A stretch of DNA of 26,539 nt from a virus (lineage: Duplodnaviria; Caudoviricetes), in the IMG/VR virus record IMGVR_UViG_3300012346_000108, positions 1 through 26,539 of that record. One strand, written 5' to 3'. How positions within the stretch are numbered: the first letter of the stretch is position 1; each line of letters starts with the position of its first letter. The notes under the pieces were generated by a model, which made no database searches, was not told where the DNA came from, and worked only from the letters and a program-made list of their open reading frames with translations. Position numbers and translations under genes: made by a program. Positions 17,753 through 25,111 of this stretch are shown one piece after another.

Positions 17753-17947
17753 ATGTTATACGCTATTCAAACTTTAGACAATATTGTTATCGGATTAAAC
17801 CTCGGTGATGAAGAAGATGTTATTCCATCTAATTTAATTGGAGGTGAACTATCGAAAACAGAAGTTGAATTAATCAATTCTCTTTATCCAAATAGTTTAC
17901 CTGAAAATTATAAATGCAGTGAAGACTTAAATCAAAATCTACCTTGA
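17753..17947 (+). CDS. Small acidic hypothetical protein (possible fibre chaperone)
   Basis: ATG at 17753, one base after the fibre stop; 64 aa. The track start at 17690 is probably over-extended. Function inferred from position only. Confidence 0.5.
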   Translation: MLYAIQTLDNIVIGLNLGDEEDVIPSNLIGGELSKTEVELINSLYPNSLPENYKCSEDLNQNLP

Positions 17948-17972
17948 TTTTTGTCAAATTTAATGATATAAT
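17944..17972 (+). promoter_or_regulatory. Sigma70-like promoter (TTGATT class) upstream of lysis cassette
   Basis: TTGATT, 17 bp, TATAAT, with extended -10 TG at 17964-17965. Confidence 0.8.
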
Positions 17973-17984
17973 GGTATTTATTAC

Positions 17985-18010
17985 AATAGACCACCTTCGG
18001 GTGGTTTATT
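17985..18010 (+). terminator. UUCG hairpin, terminator-like
   Basis: AATAGACCACC-TTCG-GGTGGTTTATT; imperfect U tract. Confidence 0.55.
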
Positions 18011-18041
18011 CATTTATAACTCAGATAGTGAAAGTAGAAGT

Positions 18042-18269
18042 ATGGCAGAGCAAATTGAACACCGTGTTATTAAACTTGAATTAAAAGTTGAAGATCATGC
18101 AGAAGAATTGAAGAAGCTTCAAGATATTTCTACTGATCTACGCAACTCATTAACAGGTATTGAAAAGACGTTAAACCAAATTAAGTACCTAGCAATGGGT
18201 GCTGTATTAGTAGTACTAACTCAATCAATGGGTATTACTAATGTATTAAAAATGATAGTAGGTATGTAA
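18042..18269 (+). CDS. Holin-like / XhlA-like membrane protein
   Basis: Coiled-coil N-terminus plus one C-terminal hydrophobic helix; first gene of the lysis block. Confidence 0.55.
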   Translation: MAEQIEHRVIKLELKVEDHAEELKKLQDISTDLRNSLTGIEKTLNQIKYLAMGAVLVVLTQSMGITNVLKMIVGM

Positions 18270-18475
18270 TGAAATTAAACGGTAACTGGAAAGATATCGT
18301 TAAAAAAGCATGGAGCATTAAATTCATTGTTCTGGCAGGTCTTCTCTCCGCTTTTGAAGTTATCTTACCTTTATATTTTGATATGTTTGATCGTGGTACA
18401 TTTGCGGCTTTAAGCTTTGTATCTGTATCTGCAGCATTTGTAGCACGTATTGTAGCTCAAAAGGATATCGAATGA
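18269..18475 (+). CDS. Holin (two transmembrane helices)
   Basis: 68 aa, WK...KKAWS start, two hydrophobic segments, ARIVAQK tail; ATGA overlap with the endolysin. Confidence 0.75.
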   Translation: MKLNGNWKDIVKKAWSIKFIVLAGLLSAFEVILPLYFDMFDRGTFAALSFVSVSAAFVARIVAQKDIE

Positions 18476-18951
18476 AAATGAAAATGAGATCGTTAGCTGC
18501 AGGTCTGGTTTTATCCGCAGGTGGATTAATTACAGTTGCTGTACACGAAGGTTATAGAAGTGATGCATACATACCAGTAGCTGGAGATGTTGCTACAATC
18601 GGTTTTGGCAGCACAACTAACTCTGATGGTACTCGGGTATTCATTGGACAGAAAACATCGCCAGAAAAGGCTTTAAAGCGTCTTAATGAGCATTTAGAAG
18701 TATTTGAAGAGGCTGTTAGAAACTGTGCTCCTGTTCCTATGTACCAATACGAGTATGATGCTTACGTGTCTCTTACTTATAATATTGGAGTATCTGCCTT
18801 TTGCAACTCAACATTAGTCACTAAGTTGAATACTTTTGATTACGCTGGAGCTTGTAAAGAGATTCTTAAATGGGATAAGTTCAAAGGTAAAGCATTACCC
18901 GGATTAACTAAGCGCAGAAAAGAAGAATATAATGCTTGCATTGGTCAATAA
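18472..18951 (+). CDS. Endolysin, GH24 phage lysozyme with SAR-like N-terminus
   Basis: HEGY...GDVATIGFG, YDAYVSLTYNIG, CNSTL and GLTKRRKEE motifs; Gly/Ala-rich weakly hydrophobic N-terminal segment. Confidence 0.92.
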   Translation: MKMKMRSLAAGLVLSAGGLITVAVHEGYRSDAYIPVAGDVATIGFGSTTNSDGTRVFIGQKTSPEKALKRLNEHLEVFEEAVRNCAPVPMYQYEYDAYVSLTYNIGVSAFCNSTLVTKLNTFDYAGACKEILKWDKFKGKALPGLTKRRKEEYNACIGQ

Positions 18952-19435
18952 TATACAAACTTTATTAGTAAAAGCTGCAGTAATTCTATGTGTACTTCTT
19001 GGTTTATTTTTAGTACATAACTGGCAAGTTAACACTGCTGTAAACAAAGCTGTAGCTACTCAAAAAGCAGAGTACGACAAACTAAATCAATCTTTACAAA
19101 CTAAAAGCATGATATCCGAATGCAGCATTAAGAATGATGTGAATTCAATAGTAAAGGAAAAAGATGCTAAGATTAAAGATATTACTTATAAGTATAACGC
19201 TGCTATTGACAGCTTGCGCCAGTACTCAACAAGTGCAAGTACCACAAGCAATACTACCTCAAATTCCAGCAATGCAGAAAGCACCAAAGGAATTGCTACA
19301 GAGGGATTATTTGAGCGACATGCAGAAGTCTCTCTTGGAATTGCTAAAAACGCAGAAGAATTAAAGCAGCATTTAAACGCTTGCTACCAACAGTATGATA
19401 CTGTAAAAGATCAATTAGATAGTTATCGCAAATAA
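18932..19435 (+). CDS. Inner-membrane spanin (Rz-like)
   Basis: N-terminal TM helix, periplasmic coiled coil, Cys near the C-terminus; follows the endolysin. Confidence 0.85.
   Translation: MLALVNNIQTLLVKAAVILCVLLGLFLVHNWQVNTAVNKAVATQKAEYDKLNQSLQTKSMISECSIKNDVNSIVKEKDAKIKDITYKYNAAIDSLRQYSTSASTTSNTTSNSSNAESTKGIATEGLFERHAEVSLGIAKNAEELKQHLNACYQQYDTVKDQLDSYRK
19164..19364 (+). CDS. Outer-membrane spanin lipoprotein (Rz1-like), embedded in +1 frame of Rz
   Basis: Signal peptide with lipobox LLTAC, Pro/Gln-rich mature part, AAGGA SD, fully nested in Rz. Confidence 0.88.
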   Translation: MLRLKILLISITLLLTACASTQQVQVPQAILPQIPAMQKAPKELLQRDYLSDMQKSLLELLKTQKN

Positions 19436-19436
19436 G

Positions 19437-19481
19437 AAAACCCCTAGAGGAAACCTTACGGAATCTTCTAGGGGCTTTTTT
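19437..19481. terminator. Bidirectional terminator between convergent gene blocks
   Basis: AAAA-CCCCTAGAGGA...TCTTCTAGGGG-CTTTTTT between the Rz and thioredoxin stop codons. Confidence 0.85.
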
Positions 19482-19490
19482 ACGTCTGTA

Positions 19491-19733
19491 TTATCCTACA
19501 AACTCTTTTAATTGTTCAGCGTTCATGTAACCTGATCTGCGCTTCATGACTTGATTATCACTCATGAGAAGTACAGTAGGTACTCCACGAATGTCATATT
19601 CAGTTGTAGAAGTTGGATCAGCATCAATGTCTACTGTTTCTACTGGAATACCAAGATCAGTATCCTGTAAAGTTTTTCCAAGCATTTTACATGGAGCGCA
19701 CCAATGTGCTTTAAATACTACTAGTTTTTTCAT
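19491..19733 (-). CDS. Thioredoxin
   Basis: WCAPC active site and IRGVPT cis-Pro motif; in the nrd cluster. Confidence 0.92.
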   Translation of the reverse strand: MKKLVVFKAHWCAPCKMLGKTLQDTDLGIPVETVDIDADPTSTTEYDIRGVPTVLLMSDNQVMKRRSGYMNAEQLKEFVG

Positions 19734-19789
19734 GCGTAACCACCCATATCATCTTTTGAGATACCATCCCAACCTTCATAATGTTTCAT
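19730..19789 (-). CDS. 19-aa mini-ORF MKHYEGWDGISKDDMGGYA
   Basis: AAAGGA SD upstream of the ATG; its stop overlaps the thioredoxin start (ATGA). Confidence 0.55.
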   Translation of the reverse strand: MKHYEGWDGISKDDMGGYA

Positions 19790-20345
19790 TTTGTTTCCTT
19801 TCGTTTATCGGTTTAATTTCTTTATTTACCCATTCTGCAAAATTGATGAGTTGTTCAAAAGTTGCATTCCATTTCATTGTATTTGCTAAATTACTAATTA
19901 CTTGTACGTTACCTTTGACATAACCCAACTCTGGTACAATTTTATCAAGACTTGGTGAATTGTGTGTTGCGTTTTCTGTAGATACCTCAAGTTTAATTTT
20001 TAAGATTGGACAAAATTCTGGAATTTTTATATCTTCTATAGTAATGTTTATTGGAAAGTTTCCAGCTTTCGCTCTATGTTTTGCTGATCTTAAAAGTAAT
20101 AACTCTGGTTTTGTACTTTTTATTTTTTTATAATATTCGGCAGAATCTTTTAGAATCTCTTCCCTGTTATCTAAATAACGTTGCTTATTTCTGGTTAAGT
20201 ATTTATCTTTACCTTTTTCATATGCTTTCTGACTTTTTATCTTAGAGCAATTTTTACAATATATCTCAAGACCATCTTTTTTGGTTTTATTCCTATTAAA
20301 TAAATCCTCAGATAATGTTTTCTCACAAATTTTACATACTTTCAT
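19776..20345 (-). CDS. Free-standing HNH-like endonuclease with N-terminal Zn finger
   Basis: CKIC...CKNC and CPIL...SPSLDKIVPELGYVKGNVQVISNLAN motifs. Start moved to the second Met (20345), which follows GGAG. Confidence 0.8.
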   Translation of the reverse strand: MKVCKICEKTLSEDLFNRNKTKKDGLEIYCKNCSKIKSQKAYEKGKDKYLTRNKQRYLDNREEILKDSAEYYKKIKSTKPELLLLRSAKHRAKAGNFPINITIEDIKIPEFCPILKIKLEVSTENATHNSPSLDKIVPELGYVKGNVQVISNLANTMKWNATFEQLINFAEWVNKEIKPINERKQNETL

Positions 20346-20373
20346 TCTCAACTCCATGATATATCAATGTTCT

Positions 20374-20402
20374 ATTATATCATAAAGTTGAGAAATAATC
20401 AA
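20374..20402 (-). promoter_or_regulatory. Sigma70-like promoter (TTGATT class) for HNH-like gene
   Basis: Minus strand reads cTTGATT-atttctcaactttaTGa-TATAAT. Confidence 0.8.
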
Positions 20403-20408
20403 GTATTA

Positions 20409-21380
20409 TTATTTAGCCCATACATCTTGCCAATCACCTGTTAAAGCACCTTTAGCATAATCAGTTACTCGTTGCTCAAAGAAATTGCTATGTGTAGTAC
20501 CAAGCATACCGTCAACCCAAGGTAAAGGATTCTTTTTGATTTTAAAGATACCTTTCAAACCAAGAGCAATCAACCTGCGATCTGCAATGTAACGAATGTA
20601 AAGTTTAACTTCTTCTTTAGTCAATCCTTGCATTTCATTTACACCGAAAGCTAAGTCAATGAACTTGTCTTCAAGGTCGACCATCTTTTGTGCAATGGTG
20701 TACAACTGAGATTTTAATTCATCATTCCAAATATGTTTATTTTCTTTAACAAACTCTCTGAATAATTTAATCATGCTTTCAGTATGTAAAGATTCATCAA
20801 CTTGACTCCAAGCAATGATTTGACCCATTCCTTTCATCTTACCGAAACGAGCAAAGTTTAAAAGCATCACGAAAGAACTAAACAACTGCATACCTTCTGT
20901 GAAAGCACTAAATACAGCAACTTGTTGTGCTACTGAATTTTCATCTTGATTGATAAAAGATTCAATGTAATCGTGCTTATCCTTCATCTCTTCATACTGT
21001 AAAAATTCATTGTATGTAGTCTCTGGCATACCTAGTGTTTCGATTAGATGTGAATAAGCGGCAACGTGAATCGCTTCTCGTGCTGCAAAGCTTGATAACA
21101 TCATTCGCACTTCGGGCGCAGGGAAATTTGGTAGATAGTTTGTTACGTATGCACCAGCTACATCAATGTCCCCTTGTGTAAAGAATCGAAAGATGTGGGT
21201 GAGGAACTGCTTTTCACTTTCTGTGAGCTTATTCTTCCAATCATTAACATCTTCAATCATTGGTACTTCAGTATGCAACCAGTGCATCTTTTCCGACATT
21301 AAGAAAGCATCGTATGCCCAAGGGTAGCTAAACGGTTTAAAGTAACTGCGTTTATCTGTAAGTTTCAATTTTGTTTTCAT
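20409..21380 (-). CDS. nrdB: Ribonucleotide reductase class Ia beta subunit
   Basis: FFTQGD, EAIH...YS (radical Tyr), EGMQLFSSF, DESLH and NFFE.RVTDY motifs. Confidence 0.97.
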   Translation of the reverse strand: MKTKLKLTDKRSYFKPFSYPWAYDAFLMSEKMHWLHTEVPMIEDVNDWKNKLTESEKQFLTHIFRFFTQGDIDVAGAYVTNYLPNFPAPEVRMMLSSFAAREAIHVAAYSHLIETLGMPETTYNEFLQYEEMKDKHDYIESFINQDENSVAQQVAVFSAFTEGMQLFSSFVMLLNFARFGKMKGMGQIIAWSQVDESLHTESMIKLFREFVKENKHIWNDELKSQLYTIAQKMVDLEDKFIDLAFGVNEMQGLTKEEVKLYIRYIADRRLIALGLKGIFKIKKNPLPWVDGMLGTTHSNFFEQRVTDYAKGALTGDWQDVWAK

Positions 21381-21390
21381 TTATATCCTT

Positions 21391-21420
21391 AAAATAGAAA
21401 GAGACTGCCGAAGCAGCCCC
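21391..21420 (-). terminator. UUCG hairpin terminator between nrdA and nrdB
   Basis: Minus strand GGGGCTGC-TTCG-GCAGTCTC-TTTCTATTTT. Confidence 0.7.
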
Positions 21421-21421
21421 T

Positions 21422-21451
21422 ATTATACATCAACCTTCACACGCTAAACAA
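21422..21451 (-). promoter_or_regulatory. Possible promoter for nrdB
   Basis: Minus strand cTTGTTT, 18 bp, TATAAT, spanning the nrdA stop codon. Confidence 0.45.
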
Positions 21452-23220
21452 GTTTCGTTGTTTACTAACGATGTCATGTCGATTTCATCCTCAATCCTTC
21501 TTCGTTCAACCTTTTGACCAACCTTATCTGCTTTACGTAATTTAGAACTACGAACATAGTACAAAGATTTCAGTCCTTGCTTCCAAGCTTGAAAGTGAAC
21601 AGCATGCAGGTATTTTACACTAACATCAGGTCTAAAGAACAGATTTGTACTGATTGCTTGATCTACAAATTGTTGCCTATCAGATGTTTGTTCAATAATC
21701 CAACGTTGATCAATTTCAGCAGCAGTTTTAAACACATCTCTGGTGTACTGATCCATCCATTCTAGATTCTGTACTGAACCATCGTCTGCAATAATGCTTG
21801 CCCATGTATCATCATACCAAGAGTCTTCATGCTTCAGAGATTCCTCTTTGATAATCTTATCCAGAAATCTATTCTTATTTAAGAATGCACCAGAAGTAGT
21901 ATCTTGACGATATGCGTTTGCTGAATAAGGCTCAATACTTGGTGAAGTATTACCCATGATAATTGAACTAGATGCATTTGGTGCAATAGCCATCACATGA
22001 CTACAACGCTTCATTACATTCATAGTTGCTGCATCTGGACAAGGACCACGCAAGATTGCTAACTTTTCATTTGCAGTATCAAGTTGTGTTCTAATGTGTT
22101 TAAACATTCGCATGTTAGTACTCTTGGCTAACGCACCTTCAAAGACAATATTGTTCTTTTGCAAATAAGCATGATAACCTAATGCACCAACGCCTACGCT
22201 TCTTTCTTGAATTGCACTGAATCTTGCTCTTGCAATTTCATCAGGAGCATTCTGGATGAAGTACTCGATAACGTTGTCAAGCATTTCCAATATGTCAGGA
22301 ATGAACTGAGGATCGTTTTTCCAAGTATCAAAGTATTCCAAGTTCACTGAACTCAAGCAACAAACTGCAGTACGCTCTGCTGATGTAGCTAATGAAATTT
22401 CACTGCACAAGTTAGAACCGTGATTTTTCAATCCTAGTTTCTTTTGATATTCAGGTAGCCCTTCATTTGCACGATCAATAAACCAAAGGTATGGTTCACC
22501 AGTTTGCATACGCAATTCTAGTAATTTCATCCAAAGGGCTTTAGCAGAAACAACTTCAGTTACTTTACCGCTATGTGGTTGTACCAATTCCCATGAATCA
22601 TCTGCTGTTGGATCAATCATGCATTTTTCAATAATTTGCATGAATTTGTCACTAATATTTACACCGTGATTCAAATTTAGTGTACGCATGTTTTGATCAC
22701 CAGTTGGTTTACGCATCTCTAAGAACTGTGTAATGTCTGGATGACTGATATCCAAGTAAGCAGCATACGAACCCCTACGAGTTGTACCTTGCTTGTATGC
22801 TAAACTGGAGGCATCATATACTTTCAGGTGTGGCATTACACCTGCTGATTTTTCATCACAACCACGAATACCTACGTGTACTCCTACGCCACCACCCATC
22901 ATTGACAACCAGTTTGTTTCAGATAGATTATTAACCAAACCCTCAGATGTATCATCCAAGAAATTCAAGTAACAACTAATTGGTAAACCACGCTTGTTTC
23001 TACCAAAAGATAGAATGGGCGTAGAATATGACAACCAATGCTTTGATGAATAATCATAAAGACGTTGAGCATGTGCTTCGTCTGTAGCGAAAGATTGTGA
23101 TACAAAAGCAAATCTATCTTGAGGTGATTCCTCATCCTCTCGCATGTACGATTCTTTTAATCGTTTTAAACCAAGTTCATCAAATAATGAATCTCGGGTG
23201 TAATCTTTCTTAATTTGCAT
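21430..23220 (-). CDS. nrdA: Ribonucleotide reductase class I alpha subunit (short, no ATP cone)
   Basis: PISCY, GGGVG, SNLCSEI, VCCLSSVN, APNASSS, SLYY and C-terminal CLACEG motifs. Confidence 0.97.
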   Translation of the reverse strand: MQIKKDYTRDSLFDELGLKRLKESYMREDEESPQDRFAFVSQSFATDEAHAQRLYDYSSKHWLSYSTPILSFGRNKRGLPISCYLNFLDDTSEGLVNNLSETNWLSMMGGGVGVHVGIRGCDEKSAGVMPHLKVYDASSLAYKQGTTRRGSYAAYLDISHPDITQFLEMRKPTGDQNMRTLNLNHGVNISDKFMQIIEKCMIDPTADDSWELVQPHSGKVTEVVSAKALWMKLLELRMQTGEPYLWFIDRANEGLPEYQKKLGLKNHGSNLCSEISLATSAERTAVCCLSSVNLEYFDTWKNDPQFIPDILEMLDNVIEYFIQNAPDEIARARFSAIQERSVGVGALGYHAYLQKNNIVFEGALAKSTNMRMFKHIRTQLDTANEKLAILRGPCPDAATMNVMKRCSHVMAIAPNASSSIIMGNTSPSIEPYSANAYRQDTTSGAFLNKNRFLDKIIKEESLKHEDSWYDDTWASIIADDGSVQNLEWMDQYTRDVFKTAAEIDQRWIIEQTSDRQQFVDQAISTNLFFRPDVSVKYLHAVHFQAWKQGLKSLYYVRSSKLRKADKVGQKVERRRIEDEIDMTSLVNNETCLACEG

Positions 23221-23634
23221 TTAATCTTCCTCTGTTGTTGTTGCGTATTTATCTCTGGATTCTAGCAGTGCCTGTGCATCTTCTGTTTCGTATCTAGCAC
23301 GATAAATGTCTTCTGTTAATTTACTTCCGCTTGCTTTATCAATTGCTTGTCTACTTGCGTATCCATTATTGATCCAAGCTTCATCTAATCGTTCCTCGCC
23401 AACCCACCGACTGCATACAACAACTTCGTTAAATCTATTTCTGTGCTGCAAACCATCTTGTCGCTGATATGGTCGATCTACATTCATTCCTAAAGAATAA
23501 AGAAAGTTTTTAAATTCTTCATCCCTGTGTTCAAACTCACTTGAGTAATTTGGCATTACTTTAATAATCTCCGATTCGGAAATAATACATAAAGCTACAA
23601 TTGCATTTGGGCGAGTTAGTTGTTTTTTATTCAT
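23221..23634 (-). CDS. Hypothetical protein
   Basis: 137 aa ORF with GAAAGG SD; stop abuts the nrdA start; no motif recognised. Confidence 0.75.
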   Translation of the reverse strand: MNKKQLTRPNAIVALCIISESEIIKVMPNYSSEFEHRDEEFKNFLYSLGMNVDRPYQRQDGLQHRNRFNEVVVCSRWVGEERLDEAWINNGYASRQAIDKASGSKLTEDIYRARYETEDAQALLESRDKYATTTEED

Positions 23635-23666
23635 TGTTACTACCTTTCAGAATAAATGAGAGTCCT

Positions 23667-23695
23667 ATTATATCACTGCTTGTTGGTTAAATCAA
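23667..23695 (-). promoter_or_regulatory. Sigma70-like promoter (TTGATT class) upstream of nrd operon
   Basis: Minus strand cTTGATT-taaccaacaagcagTGa-TATAAT. Confidence 0.8.
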
Positions 23696-23822
23696 GGTTG
23701 TCCTGATCTATATTTACAGCATGAGTTTTCTTGTGTTCTTTGAGCATTTTGAAAATTGCAGAGTATATCAGCACAACTACAAATAGTAATACTAATACAC
23801 TCATTACTTGTAAAATAATCAT
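23673..23822 (-). CDS. 49-aa single-pass membrane protein (not in ORF track)
   Basis: MIILQVMSVLVLLFVVVLIYSAIFKMLKEHKKTHAVNIDQDNLDLTNKQ; ATGA overlap with the upstream stop; AAGGA SD. Confidence 0.7.
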   Translation of the reverse strand: MIILQVMSVLVLLFVVVLIYSAIFKMLKEHKKTHAVNIDQDNLDLTNKQ

Positions 23823-24373
23823 TTGTCATCCTTTTCTTTGAGCTTAGGGTCCAGCATAAATTCTAACAGAAACATTGCATTAACAGCCACAGCAGCCATG
23901 TGAAGCATATCTGGTACGCTGCTATCAGTGTCATACAGTTCGCCTCTTCTATGGGCCTCTAAATGCCTATAAAGAGCATCTAGATATCGCTGTTCAGCAC
24001 CTTGTACTTTCTTCCAGTTATCTCGTTCTTTGTACTTTTTAAGACCGACTGTAAGATTCTTGGCAATTTGTTCTAATGCATGAGATGGAATTAAGCTATA
24101 TTGTAACTTATCTTGATCATACTTAGTACCAATTGGTTGGTTTTCATGCATAGTAGGTTGCCAATCTTTCATTTGTTGAGTAGCAGATCGTAAATCTACT
24201 GTTGATGCTGGTACAAAATATGAATCAGTTTCAGAACAATTCACGATTAAATTTGATAATCTACAACCTCTACTATCATTGCGAAATGCACAGGAATTAC
24301 ATCCTTGAACACCATCCTTATCTAACACAGGTGTATAGACTTTACCATCAACTATAACGTCATTTAAATTCAT
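23819..24373 (-). CDS. DUF5664-like (dATP/dGTP diphosphohydrolase-associated) domain protein with Cys-rich N-terminal extension
   Basis: GTKYDQDK..YSLIP...G.KKY...NW...YLDALYRH...GE..D......H......NA.FL pattern. Confidence 0.8.
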   Translation of the reverse strand: MNLNDVIVDGKVYTPVLDKDGVQGCNSCAFRNDSRGCRLSNLIVNCSETDSYFVPASTVDLRSATQQMKDWQPTMHENQPIGTKYDQDKLQYSLIPSHALEQIAKNLTVGLKKYKERDNWKKVQGAEQRYLDALYRHLEAHRRGELYDTDSSVPDMLHMAAVAVNAMFLLEFMLDPKLKEKDDK

Positions 24374-24877
24374 TTATTCCTCCTTAAATCCATTTTCAAG
24401 TAGTTCTTTAGGAATGCAATTGCTGAGATCATTACTCTCGAAATCAATTGGCTTCATAACTTTATCATTATGGTTTTTGATAACAAATAAATCATAATAT
24501 GAATTGTACTCTACATTTACCACAATACCATCTTCTTCATACATCTGAGCAGTTTGAATAGCTGTCAATTCTTTTGCTGGAAACTTAGTTAGATTATTGT
24601 ATGCAGTATCACGCATTGCTTTATTACCATCGACACCAAGCTGTTCTAGTTTTTGTAATAGACCCAATGCTGTAACTAAAACATCAACTACACCATCTAC
24701 AACTTCTTTTGCATTGTTCTTGTCAATACCTTTTTCTTTAATTTCTTTAGTTTCCTCTAGAATTAATTTGTATTGAAAATCAATATCTTTTAAAGCAGTG
24801 AGATTATGCTTACCTGCAATTTCATTGAAAGCATAGCAGTCTAGTTGGAAATCTGAAATATTGTAATCAGTAATCAT
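24374..24877 (-). CDS. MazG-like / all-alpha NTP pyrophosphohydrolase
   Basis: LILEETKE...EVVDGVVD acidic metal-binding motif, NNLTKF and KVMKP. Confidence 0.8.
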   Translation of the reverse strand: MITDYNISDFQLDCYAFNEIAGKHNLTALKDIDFQYKLILEETKEIKEKGIDKNNAKEVVDGVVDVLVTALGLLQKLEQLGVDGNKAMRDTAYNNLTKFPAKELTAIQTAQMYEEDGIVVNVEYNSYYDLFVIKNHNDKVMKPIDFESNDLSNCIPKELLENGFKEE

Positions 24878-25044
24878 AGGTCTTCCTTTTTAATGTTTTT
24901 AATATAATTCAAGTCATACATAGCATCTTCCGTAGCTTGTTTCAGATAAGCTAACCAAAATAAAGGAAGAAGAATCAACCATACCAAAATTACTAAAAAC
25001 TTTAGATTGTGTTTGATCATCCATTTAACCCAAGGTTGCAACAT
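24874..25044 (-). CDS. Small membrane protein
   Basis: ATG at 25044 after AAGGAG; one hydrophobic helix; ATGA overlap with the downstream gene. Confidence 0.7.
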   Translation of the reverse strand: MLQPWVKWMIKHNLKFLVILVWLILLPLFWLAYLKQATEDAMYDLNYIKNIKKEDL

Positions 25045-25064
25045 ATAAGCTCCTTTCAAGAGAC

Positions 25065-25090
25065 AAAAAATCCCCGAGAATTACTCGGGG
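25065..25090 (-). terminator. Intrinsic terminator after HNH-like gene
   Basis: Minus strand CCCCGAG-TAATT-CTCGGGG-A-TTTTTT. Confidence 0.85.
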
Positions 25091-25111
25091 TGTGAATTCA
25101 AATTGTAAGTG

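Noticed and set aside
15784-17947. Diversity-generating retroelement or invertible fibre cassette
   Set aside because: No reverse transcriptase, recombinase or duplicated template segment seen in the window. It cannot be excluded elsewhere in the genome.
19564-21765. Plus-strand ORFs at 19564-19923, 20051-20245 and 21577-21765
   Set aside because: Antisense to thioredoxin, the HNH-like gene and nrdA, and downstream of the bidirectional terminator.
20409-23220. Group I intron or intein in nrdA/nrdB, given the nearby endonucleases
   Set aside because: Both ORFs are continuous and compact with all motifs in order; the endonuclease genes lie between genes.
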